Positions 11,249 through 21,474 are shown, counted from the stretch's first letter. The stretch is 33,806 bases of DNA from Octopus sinensis (GCF_006345805.1 NW_021829878.1:1-33806), one strand, 5' to 3'. Numbers and translations are program-made. The notes: generated by a model from the sequence alone, not told the origin.

Positions 11249-11791
11249 TCAAAATTTTAGGTTTTTGAGCAAGGTTGATATAATCTGAGGCATTCGCTTA
11301 CAGCCATTATATTTTGAATTGGAATTCAAAAGAGGCAAGATAGTTTTAATCCGGATCTACCAGCATCGATTTCTTAATCTCACGACCAGCTTGACTAAAG
11401 ATTAATTTAATTATTCCCTATAATGATGGACAGCAATCGAGTCCCGGGCAAGAAAGCAACGCATCTAGCTTCACTTCATCGTCGTATCCATATATAACAT
11501 CGTTTTCTGCCCCATGATACAGAATTGCACAAATAAAGCAATCAATAATGATAACAGGATGATCTTCCTCAAATTCTTTCATCAAAAGACGAGGATTTAA
11601 AAAGAGGACCTCAGCTTTTATACAGATGTAACAGTCGAACAAATGTTTGACTTCTGAATCTGTATAAAATCTGAGGTCATCATCTTGAAATCACGATTTT
11701 CTCAAGCCCTTTGAACATCTCCGTCTTTTGATGAAAGAATTTGAGCAAGATAATCTTGAAATCGTTTTTGATTGCTTTATTTGTGCAATTC
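11249..11791 (-). pseudogene. Caspase pseudogene with internal fold-back, left copy
   Basis: GLRKS*FQDDDLRFYTD...IDCFICAILYHGAENDVIYGYD...CCPSL*GIIKLIFSQAGRE...KRMPQIISTLLKNLKF*: in-frame stops, catalytic Cys to Gly, most of the small subunit deleted. Confidence 0.9.
11522..11791. repeat. 70-bp inverted repeat (11522-11591 / 11722-11791), 130-bp loop
   Basis: 24-bp perfect block GAATTGCACAAATAAAGCAATCAA, then 23 bp with 7 mismatches, then 23-bp perfect block TCAAATTCTTTCATCAAAAGACG. Confidence 0.93.
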
Positions 11792-13699
11792 CGCGATACA
11801 CGAAGGACAGACGTAAAAGCTAATACATGGTATTATTTCGTTGTCATTTCAGAGATTATCCTCCAGAGATTATCCTCCGGAGTGAAACAAATACCCAAAG
11901 AATTGAAGAAACGTTACGCAATGATGCCCAGAAAGTACAATGCAGTGAGAAAACAAAGTAAAACAATTTCTGTTTCGCAGACAATGTTTTACTAATCCAG
12001 CGATGTATGAGAGCACAGGAATAATATAACCTACATATTGATTTTCGTTAAATAAATATCCCCTAACATTTTAAGGTGCTGCTTCACTAAAACTATTTCC
12101 TCCCGTAAATTTTACTAAAGAACACCAGTGACTTATAGGTCCATTCTAAATTACAAAATAATCCTACATTCTGAAAATTGAACCAACATTGTTTTATATA
12201 CAACTAAATATGAACAATATTAATATCTAGGCTATTTTATTCATGTATTTTCCTATATCGCTGGATTCGTAACAGTTTCTCTGCCAAAGAGAAATTTTTT
12301 ATCTTTCTTCTCTCACTGCATTAAACTATCTCATCACCATTGCGTAATATTTTTTTCAATTATTCTGCTATTCTTGTTAAATTCTTGTGGATAATCTCCT
12401 AATAAAATTTCTCTCTTATAAATGTGAAGTCTCTGAATTGCCAATGAAATATCAAAATGTATCAGCTTTTTCGTTAGTTCTTAATTTATTTAGATATGTA
12501 AAGTGTGAATGAAAACTTCTGTAAATTTCTTTGCCTGCAGCGCAATGTTTCCTTTATGGGTTCAATCTTGTCTTTATCTTGCGTCTAATTGCTCGACAAT
12601 TTCCGTAAGTAGTTCGTTACGGAAATTGCCGACAACTGAAGGAAAGGCATTTTATCTTTTTCGGACACCTCGCATCTGAACGTTTAACCATCTTACTTAT
12701 GAGTTCAGCCTCCGGATATGTTTTTATGAAATCCTTTCTCTTTCAAATTTCGGCGGGTTTACCCTAACCCCAAATCCATATTCCTTTTCATTTATTTCTT
12801 ACTCTTTCCGATGTTTTAGTTATGGAAGATTACGATTTTGCCAAAAAAAAAAAAACAAAAAGAAATTTTCCAAAATAAAAATTTCTTTCCCACCCAAAAG
12901 TTTTTTTTATTTTACAATTTTTGAAAGAGGGGTTTTGTTTAAACTACGTCTACAGACACGGAGATAGAATCCGGAAGATTTATTCTTTTAGTTTCAAACT
13001 TCCAGAAAAAAGACCCTAAGTTGCTTCTCATATAATTTCCTTCTTTCCAAAAGTAGAAAACTCCTTTTGTTAGACGGATTGGATGTGTTGCTTTGCGCCT
13101 GCGTAGAAGTAAAGTACGAACGTAGAAGAAATGTGGAAGCAAAATATGAATCCCTCACTGGAAATGTGGATATGGAAGAAATAAAAGCTGAAAATATTGT
13201 TTCTTCGCCCTAAATACACCTTTTTTAAAAATTCATTCGATTAATTTCGGCAAAGATCTCCAAATCCCTCCCAGGAGAATTCGACTTAAGAAAACTACGA
13301 AGATTTCATACAAACACAAACACACACGCCACACGCACACACTCATACATACACACACAGGCATACACACTCACGCACACACACAAACACACACACCACA
13401 TGCACACACTCATATATACACACAAATACACACACCACACGCACACACTTATACATACACACACAGGCATACACACTCACACACCCACACAAACACACAC
13501 ACCACACGCACACACTCACACATACACACACACACACACAGACATTCATTCACAACACCCTTATATACGAGAGCAGTTTAACATACACTTGACCGTCATT
13601 TTACATTGAAATTGATTTGTCCTTGGAATCCGAAACTGCGTTGCGATTACAAAGCTGAAGTGGTCCCAAACACATCCTGTAATGTCATAGACCCAATGG

Positions 13700-13930
13700 A
13701 TGATGTCAGTTCGAAGTGTTTCCTCAGTGTTTTCCAGGGGATCGATTTACAGGAGAACACTCAGACGATAGGGGACATGCAACAAGTTCCGGACAGAATG
13801 GTAGAGCAAATTGTGGCTTTCATAATGAAACGTGTGTGTTCTGGGGCCCATTATATTTACAGAGAAGTGCACCAGTTACTATATAATCTCCAAAGGCATC
13901 GCTTTATTCAGGCCACTTGAAGTACTTTGA
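13700..13930 (+). mobile_element. Second, more diverged Merlin transposase relic
   Basis: SVFQGIDLQENTQTIGDMQQVPDRMVEQIVAFIMKRVCSGA aligns to VFRGVDLHES.KIGRLQQVPDWMLDTAEAFVMESVELGS of the 9124-9459 relic. Confidence 0.65.
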
Positions 13931-14104
13931 TGGGTTAATACAATGAATTAAAATTAAAATAATTTAAGAGAGAATTTATTTCGATATAGAATTTCAGTTT
14001 TTGCTTTCGTAGGAAATCTGTTTTTGTTTTATTTCGCAAATACTCGCGCGTACACTCACACTTAGCCGGAAGACAGACAGACAGACAGACATACACACGA
14101 ACAT

Positions 14105-14312
14105 ACATGTATGTGTGTATGTATGTGTGTGTGTATGTATGTATGCATGTATGTATGTATGTATGTATGTATGTATGTATGTATGTATGTATGTATGTAT
14201 GTATGTATGTATGTATGTATGTTTGTATGCATGTATGTATGTATGTATGTTTGTATGTATGTATGTATGTATGTTTGTATGTATGTATGTATGTATGTAT
14301 GTCTGTATGTAT
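14105..14312. repeat. (TATG)n microsatellite; mirrored at ~24756-24964
   Basis: Visible in sequence. Confidence 0.95.
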
Positions 14313-14480
14313 GGAAGAAAAAACTATTTCCACAGGTAACACCAACAGCATAAATTGATAAATAGATAAATGTAATATTTTCAGCTAAATAATTGCTAAT
14401 ATGATTACAAATTGATATTGGTTTAATAAATATCCTCTAATTTTGCAAGATGCCTAACTAAACCCATTTCCTAGCATGAA

Positions 14481-15462
14481 TTTTATTAAGAACACCTGTG
14501 CCTTTATTAAGAACACCTCTGCATTTATTAAGAACACCTGTGTCTTTATTAAGAACACCTGTGTCTTTATTAAGAACAGATGTGCCTTTATTAAGAACAA
14601 ACGTGCCTTTATTAAGAACACCTGTGTCCTTATTAAGAACACCTGTGCCTTTATTAAGAACACCTGTGTCTTTATTAAGAACAAATGTGCCTTTATTAAG
14701 AACAAATGTGCCTTTATTAAGAACACCTGTGTCCTTATTAAGAACACCTGTGTCTTTATTAAGAACACCTGTGTCCTTATTAAGAACACCTGTGTCTTTA
14801 TTAAGAACAAATGTGCCTTTATTAAGAACACCTGTGTCCTTATTAAGAACACCTGTGTCTTTATTAAGAACATCTGCATCTTTATTAAGAACACCCGTGT
14901 CCTTATTAAGAACACCTGTGCCTTTATTAAGAACATCTGTGTCTTTATTAAGAACAAATGTGCCTTTATTAAGAACAAATGTGCCTTTATTAAGAACACC
15001 TGTGTCCTTATTAAGAACACCTGTGTCTTTATTAAGAACACCTGTGCCTTTATTAAGAACACCTGTGCCTTTATTAAGAACACCTGTGCCTTTATTAAGA
15101 ACACTTGTGCCTTTATTAAGAACACCTGTGTCTTTATTAAGAACACCTGTGTCCTTATTAAGAACACCTGTGTCTTTATTAAGAACACCTGTGCCTTTAT
15201 TAAGAACACCTGTGCCTTTATTAAGAACACCTGTGCCTTTATTAAGAACACCTGTGCCTTTATTAAGAACACTTGTGCCTTTATTAATAACACCTGTGTC
15301 TTTATTAAGAACACCTGTGTCCTTATTAAGAACACCTGTGTCTTTATTAAGAACACCTGTGCCTTTATTAAGAACACCTGTGCCTTTATTAAGAACACCT
15401 GTGCCTTTATTAAGAACACTTGTGCCTTTATTAAGAACAACTGTGCCTTTATTAAGAACACC
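14481..15462 (+). repeat. 21-bp minisatellite, ~47 units (TTTATTAAGAACACCTGTGYC)
   Basis: Direct tandem units with a limited set of variants; copy number estimated as length/21. Confidence 0.97.
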
Positions 15463-15841
15463 AGTTATATTCTAAATTTCGAAATAATTCTTCACTCTGA
15501 AACTTGAACTAACAATTAAACAAGTCCAGAAGTTAGGTTAAATATATATACAATGCAGAAGTACCATGAATTCCCTTTCTATAAACTGGGAAACAGTTCT
15601 GTGAATGCTTCACCGGCCAACGCCGGGTATTAAGTCTAGTATGCAACTAAATGCGTACAATATTAATATGGATACTTTCGTAAAACGCTGGATTCGTAAA
15701 ACATTGTCTGCGAAAGAGAAATTGATTTATTTTTCTTTTCTCACAGCATTGTATTATGTCAGCAGCATTCCGTAAAGTTCTTTTTTTTTTCAGTTCTCCT
15801 GCTATTTTTTACTCTCCTGGAAAATCTCTCAATGATATTTT

Positions 15842-16090
15842 AGTTAGTTAGTTAATTTTTTGGCTCAAAAAGCAAAAAAGCAAGGCCATGTAGGGGGACA
15901 TGAAGTTATGTACAGGGTGGTGTTTATGCAAAGAGTTCAGGCCATTTCTGGTCAAGGGAGGCTTTGAACCGAGCGGTCGTCGGCATCTTCACTATCTCGT
16001 CCGGCAGCTTATTCCACGGATCCGCAACCCGGACGGAGAAAGCCCCCTCTCCTTCGATTCAGATGAAATTGTCGCAGATAGAGCTGTTTG
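15842..16090 (-). mobile_element. CR1/L2-like LINE 3' end with (TAAC)n tail
   Basis: Translation LYLRQFHLNRRRGAFSVRVADPWNKLPDEIVKMPTTARFKASLDQKW matches the FSxRVxxxWNxLP..FKxxLD C-terminus of CR1-group ORF2, followed by a short UTR and tandem tail. Confidence 0.8.
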
Positions 16091-16441
16091 TCTGTTATTA
16101 ACACAAAGTCCCTGAAATGATGACGAAATAATAAAATGTATCAGCTTTTATGTTAGTTTTTATGGTCTTAAAATATTTCAAGCTTGAAGAAAGGCTTCTC
16201 ATGTATTTCCGTTCGACTGCAACGCCATCTTTCGATGACGTTTTCAATCTTGTGATTTCCGTATCGTTTTCTTGCAGCTGATTGTTCGGCAATTTCCGTA
16301 AGTAATTTCTATTCATTTTCCATCATTTCATGTCCTGTTCAATTCGAGTTTGCTTTGATGTCAGTGAGGGAGGCAAAATGAGATATTAAGTCTAGCAATC
16401 ACTACACGTATATACTCACACACACACACGATCAAACACAT

Positions 16442-16485
<44 letters not shown>

Positions 16486-16528
16486 ACTTGTATCACACAC
16501 TCGTTACGTGTATATAAATATAATTGGT

Positions 16529-16679
16529 GAGTGGCTAACCAACCACATGGTTCTGGGTTCAGTCCCACTTCGTGGCATCATGGGCAAGTGTCTTCTGCTA
16601 TAACCCCGGGCCGACCAATGCCTTGTGAGTGGATTTGGTAGACGGAAACTCAAAGAAGCCTGTCGTATATATATATATG

Positions 16680-16759
<80 letters not shown>

Positions 16760-16984
16760 TATATAATATATATATATTTATTATATAATAAAGTAATTTA
16801 CTCTGCTATGTATTGAGTACCTTATTTACTGTGGTTAACCCCGACTCAACCCGGGACCTACATATCCTAGCACACCCCAGTGCCCTTATAACCATCACCA
16901 AAGCTTCTATATAATAAATTAATTTACTCTGCTATGTATTGAGTACCTTATTTACTGTGGTTAACCCCGACTCAACCCGGGACC

Positions 16985-17023
<39 letters not shown>

Positions 17024-17215
17024 TGCGTGTCTGTGTTTGTGTCTGTGTTTGTCCCCCTAGCATTGCTTGACAAACGATGCTGGTGTGTTTACGTCCCCGT
17101 AACTTAGCGGTTCGGCGAAAGAGACCGATAGAATAAGTACTAGGCTTACAAAGAATAAGTCGTGGTGTCGATTTGCTCGACTAGAGGCGGGTGCTCCAGC
17201 ATGGCCGCAGTCAAA
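16529..17215 (+). mobile_element. tRNA-derived SINE, A box deleted, 3' truncated, with a ~210-bp insert; forms the inner end of the left arm
   Basis: Homologous to 4333-4760 and at the same flank position as 22177-22728. Confidence 0.85.
16782..16991. repeat. 84-bp direct repeat (period 126) inserted in a (TA)n tract
   Basis: TATATAATAAAKTAATTTACTCTGCTATG...CCCGGGACCTACATAT at 16782-16865 and 16908-16991; absent from the right-arm SINE. Confidence 0.9.
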
Positions 17216-17219
17216 CGCC

Positions 17220-18480
17220 CGTCAAAATTTCGGATCAACCATTGCCTTTTATCCCTTAAGAATCAATGAAGTGGGTACCAGTTGCGTACTAGGGTCGATG
17301 TAATCAATTAGTCCTGCCCGTCAAAATTTCAGCCCTTGTGCTTTTAGTGGAAAAGGTTATTTCGTATGTGTGTTGCTCGCTTGCATTTCATCTGTTTGCA
17401 GTAAAAGCTGTTTTTTTTTTTGGCGACTTATAGGAAACGGAAACTAGGTTCAAATTCAACCGAGACTCACTTAGCCTTCATCCTACCTTGGTCAATGAAA
17501 TGAGTACCAGTCATACACTAGGGGTCAACGTAATCGACTGCCCAACCCGCAAAATTCAAGCGTTTTGCCTTTAGTGGGAGGATTATTAGGCGCACGTGTG
17601 TGTGTGTTGCTTCACATAATTTCATCCTTCTTTGTATCCAGGGTTCAAACTCCACGAAGTCAACTTGCCCTTTTATCCTTTTCGGGATCGATGAAATAAG
17701 TATTAGTGTAAGGCACTGAGCAAGGATTGTAGACGAACTGTAGGCAGGGTGTTCACTGCGGTTAGCAAGTGAGCTGGTCGGCAGGAAAAGGGAGAGTTGT
17801 GGATAGGCGGTATAGGAGACTGGGATGTTGGATGGTCGGTCGTGCTTGTCCTGACAGTGTGTAGCTGAACGAAGCAAAACTAATTAAGACACCGCCACCG
17901 TCTTATTACTGATTGTTACGCACTGGGGTCAATATAATCGGTGGAATTTGAACGTTCTGAGTTCAAATTCCACCGAGGTCGACTTTGCCTTTCATCCTTT
18001 CGGGGTCGATAAATTAAGTACCAGTTACACACTGGGGTCGATATAATCGACTTAATCCCTTTGTCTGTCCTTGTTTGTCCCCTCTGTGTTTAGCCCCTTG
18101 TGGGTAGTAAAAGAAATATATACCAGTGGAGCACTGGGGTTCTGTGGAATCGACCATCCCCCTAACCCCAAAATTGCAGGCCTTGTGCCTATTGTAGAAA
18201 GGGTTATTATGCGTGTGCATTTGTGGCTTAGTTGAATTGCATCAGTCTTTCCGTTCTGGGTTCAAATTCCACCAGTGGAGTGGAGCACCGCGGTCGTTGT
18301 AATCGACTGTTCACCCAACAAAACTTCTTCTTGTGAGCTTGTGGTAGGAAAGATTATTATATGTGGGGGGGGGGGTTACGTGGCATCATTTCCTCTTTGC
18401 GTTCTGGGTTCAAGTTCCCTCGTGGTTGTCTTTGCCTCGCGTCTTTTTGGGGTCAAATAAATCAGTACCAGTACAAGCAC
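17220..18480 (+). mobile_element. Cluster of ~6-7 same-orientation fragments of a second SINE-like family
   Basis: Recurrent GGTTCAAATTCC (B box-like)...TTGCCTTTYATCCTT...AAGTACCAGT...ACTGGGGTCGATRTAATCGACT motifs. Confidence 0.7.
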
Positions 18481-18564
18481 ACGACATACAACCATTGACC
18501 CCTTAATGTAAACCCAGACTTGCAAGATGTATGAATGTATTTAGATGAATATGAGAGGTAATAT

Positions 18565-19260
18565 GTGTGCATGTGTGTGTGTGCGTGTGTGTATGTGTGT
18601 ATGTGTGTGTATGTGTGTGTGTGTGTATGTGTGTGTGTCGTGTGTGAGTCTGTGTGTGTGTGTCGTGTGTGTGTGTGAGTCTGTGTGTGTCGTGTGTGTG
18701 TGTTTGAGTCTGTGTGTTTTTGCGAGTTTGTGTGTGTGTGTGTGTCATGTGTCTGTGTGTGTGTGAGTGTGTGTATGTGTGTGTGTGTGTGTGTCGTGTG
18801 TGTGAGTCTGTGAGTCTGTGTGTCGTGTGTGTGTGTGTGTGTGTGAGTCTCTGTGTGTGCGTGTGTGTTTGAGTCTGTGTGTGTTTGCGAGTTTGTGTGT
18901 GTGTGTGTGTGTCGTGTGTCTGTGTGTGTGTGTGAGTGTGTGTATGTATGTGTGTGTGTGTGTGTATAAATAGTTAAAACAGAACGCGCTCACACGCAAG
19001 CACAATGTTGCACGCACAGAGAAACACGAAAATGCTTTACTTCCACACACATCAACTCACACACACACACACACACACACGACACACACACACACGCACA
19101 CACACACACACGCACAGCTAAACAAATTACATTTCTTATACGCGTTCATACATGCATTGTATATGTGTGTGTGGGTAAGTGTGTGTGTGTGTGCGCGTGT
19201 GTGTGTGTGTGTGGTGTGTGTGTGTGTGGTGTGTGTGTGTGTGTTGGCGCGTGCGTGTGA
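18565..19260. repeat. Compound TG/CA microsatellite with spacers paralogous to 1300-1700
   Basis: Shared spacers ATGTATGAATGTATTTA, CAGAACRCGCTC and TAAACAAATTAC.TTTCTTATA. Confidence 0.9.
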
Positions 19261-19414
19261 GTATGCGAGTTCCTTCTACACTCGCTCCTAGCCTCAGTGT
19301 CTCATTTTGTCCACCTCACCGACTTCAAAAGGAAATGTCGACTTCAACAGGACATGAAATGATGGTAAATTATTTAAAAATTATTTACGGAAATTGCCGA
19401 ACAATCAGCTGCAA

Positions 19415-19692
19415 GAAAATGACAGGAAAATGACAGGAAAATGACAAGAAATTGACAGGAAAATTGACAGGAATTTGACAGGAATTTGACAAGAAAATGA
19501 CTGGAAAATGACAAGAAAATGACAAGAAAATGACAGGAATTTGACAGGAAATTGACAGGAAAATGACAGGAAAATGACAGGAAATTGACAGGAAAATGAC
19601 AAGAAAATGACAGGAAAATGACAGGAAATTGACGAGAAAATGACAGGAAATTGACAGGAAAATGACAGGAAATTGACAGGAAAATGACAGGA
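19415..19692 (+). repeat. ~11-bp minisatellite (TGACAGGAAAA / TTGACAGGAAA), ~25 units
   Basis: Visible tandem array. Confidence 0.95.
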
Positions 19693-20474
19693 TTGAAAAC
19701 ATCATGGAAATATTGCGTTCCAGGCAAACAAAATTACAGACGAAACATTCATTTACACTTAATATGTTTTAAATTAATTAACAAACAACGTACAAGCTGA
19801 TAGATTTTATTATGTTGTTGGCAATTCAGAGACAATATGTTAATAAAAGACAAATTTTAAGGAGAGATTAACCACCAGAGTAAAAAAAAAATATCAGAAT
19901 TATTGGAAGAAAGAAACGTTACGCAATTGTACTGAGATATAATGCAATAAGAAAAGAAAGAAAATAATTTCTGTTTGGCGGATAACTTTTTAGGAATCCA
20001 GCGATATATGAAAGCATGTGAATAAAATAGTCTACGTATTAATATTGTTCATATTTAGTTGTATATAAAAGAATGTTAGTCCAATTTTCAGAGTGTAGAA
20101 TTATTTTGATATTTAGAATGTACCAATAAGTCACGTGGTGTTCTTAGTAAAATTTATGGTAGGAAATAGGTTTAGTGAAGCATCTTAAAATGTTCGAAGA
20201 TATTAAACTAAAATCAAGTTTGTAATCATATTAGCAATCATTTAGTTGAAAATATTGTATTTATCGATTTATCAATTTCTGCTGTGGGTATTGCACGTGA
20301 AATTGTGCATTTATTTGTAGATATATGAATTCTTAAAATTCTTGTAGTTTTCGATGTATGAATATCTAAAATATATTCTTTTCATATAATATGTAGATGC
20401 ATCAGAAATTCTCACCATAAGAAGCCGCATTTCTATTTAAGGATCCCACACCGGAAATATTTTAGTTCGCTGGT

Positions 20475-21194
20475 TCAAAACATTAGTTCTTTGAGCAATG
20501 TCGACGCAATCTGAGTCTTTCTTTCAGAGCCATTATTTTTCGAATTCTCCGAACTTTGGAATTCACCAGAAGTAATGGTTAATAGTTTCAGGATTTCATA
20601 TTTAGTGCCATACTCATTCAAATTTTCGGTTAATATTTTCATAAATGGCGAAGCTTCATGTTTGCCGAGGATTGGCAGATTTTCTTTCCGCCACGAACGA
20701 AAAACCAACAGATCTGCCGTTATTGGGATTTTAAATATCTTGCCTGTTTCAGGTGCATCCACTGCGTGGAATCTTTCAACTATTTCAACTGCTTCAATAA
20801 AAATTAATTTAGGAACTCCTATTAAAGATTTACACTTATCGGCTGTCAGCTTAGAAGTTAGTGCAATTACGTCAGATCCAGCTTTCTCGTGATCTTGGTT
20901 TATAACTGCACAAATAAAGCAACCAATTTTATTTTTACGTTCAGTTTCCTTAAACTTTTCCAAATCTGTGCACATTGTTTCAAAATCGTTATAAATAGGT
21001 TCACATTTAAATCCAATACGTTCTAATGCCCTTCTAAAATCTGCAGCATCGTTTGTTGAACACTTAGGGACGACTATATAAGCTACACGTGTTTTATTTT
21101 CCATATCATATTTAGCGAAACATTTACTAAGATCTTTCTTAGTTGGTGAATGGGGCTGATCGCTTGTCCCAATGTTTGCGCTTTCAGTGTCCAT
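20475..21194 (-). CDS. Intronless catalytically dead caspase homologue (pseudo-caspase), 239 aa
   Basis: Uninterrupted ORF from ATG 21194 (CTACCATGG); IGCFICAVINQD (His lost), GVPKLIFIEAVE (QACRG lost), IPITADLLVF, ENLNEYGTKYEILKLLT, TQIASTLLKELMF; N-terminus nearly identical to the active caspases; AATAAA on minus strand at 20310-20315. Confidence 0.85.
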   Translation of the reverse strand: MDTESANIGTSDQPHSPTKKDLSKCFAKYDMENKTRVAYIVVPKCSTNDAADFRRALERIGFKCEPIYNDFETMCTDLEKFKETERKNKIGCFICAVINQDHEKAGSDVIALTSKLTADKCKSLIGVPKLIFIEAVEIVERFHAVDAPETGKIFKIPITADLLVFRSWRKENLPILGKHEASPFMKILTENLNEYGTKYEILKLLTITSGEFQSSENSKNNGSERKTQIASTLLKELMF

Positions 21195-21285
21195 GGTAGT
21201 CAATGTAAGAATGTGATGAGCTGAACTTAGTTCCGTGTATTATATATTCTTTCAGTCCTCTCAGATTGCTATCAATGCGCATGCG
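21195..21285 (-). promoter_or_regulatory. Putative promoter of the pseudo-caspase, homologous to 6903-6993
   Basis: CGCATGCGCA (21276-21285), TATATAA (21240-21246) and TCATCACATT at the same spacing as in the active genes. Confidence 0.55.
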
Positions 21286-21332
21286 TTAACGAAATCCGAC
21301 CCCTGGCTTTCAACTCAAGATGTGCGCATGAA

Positions 21333-21461
21333 TCAGAAATTGTCACCGTCAGAAGATCCATGTTCATTTGAGGTTATTACATCTGAAATATCATAGCTCC
21401 TCGGTTCAAACTTTAGTTCTTTGTGTAATGAGATTATTTGTTTTCGGCCGTTACATTCCGG
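21333..21461 (-). pseudogene. Caspase C-terminal remnant directly upstream of the pseudo-caspase promoter
   Basis: Manual translation PECNGRKQIISLHKELKFEPRSYDISDVITSNEHGSSDGDNF* aligns to [20 protein letters not shown]; truncated by a CA tract. Confidence 0.75.
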
Positions 21462-21462
21462 T

Positions 21463-21474
21463 CACACACACACG

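Larger units (their letters stand above)
5266..17215 (+). repeat. Left arm of a large inverted duplication (palindrome)
   Basis: Reverse complement of 22199-33806; mirrored ORFs have near-constant coordinate sums (5916+33155=39071, 11418+27635=39053, 13935+25134=39069). The outer end is limited by the window edge of the right arm. Confidence 0.96.

Noticed and set aside
11418-11642. 74-aa ORF as a functional mini-caspase
   Set aside because: Starts at TTG within a pseudogene bounded by in-frame stops and lacks the catalytic Cys.
14481-15462. CRISPR-like array
   Set aside because: Contiguous tandem units without unique spacers, no cas genes, eukaryotic context.
14454-15507. 325-343 aa heptad-repeat ORFs (FIKNTCA, LLRTPVS, FLIKAQV)
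   Set aside because: By-product of a 21-bp minisatellite open on both strands; derived from a non-coding module and frameshifted in the mirror copy.
21195-21203. TTG start of the 242-aa ORF in the track
   Set aside because: The homologous Kozak ATG is at 21194; eukaryotic initiation at TTG is unlikely.
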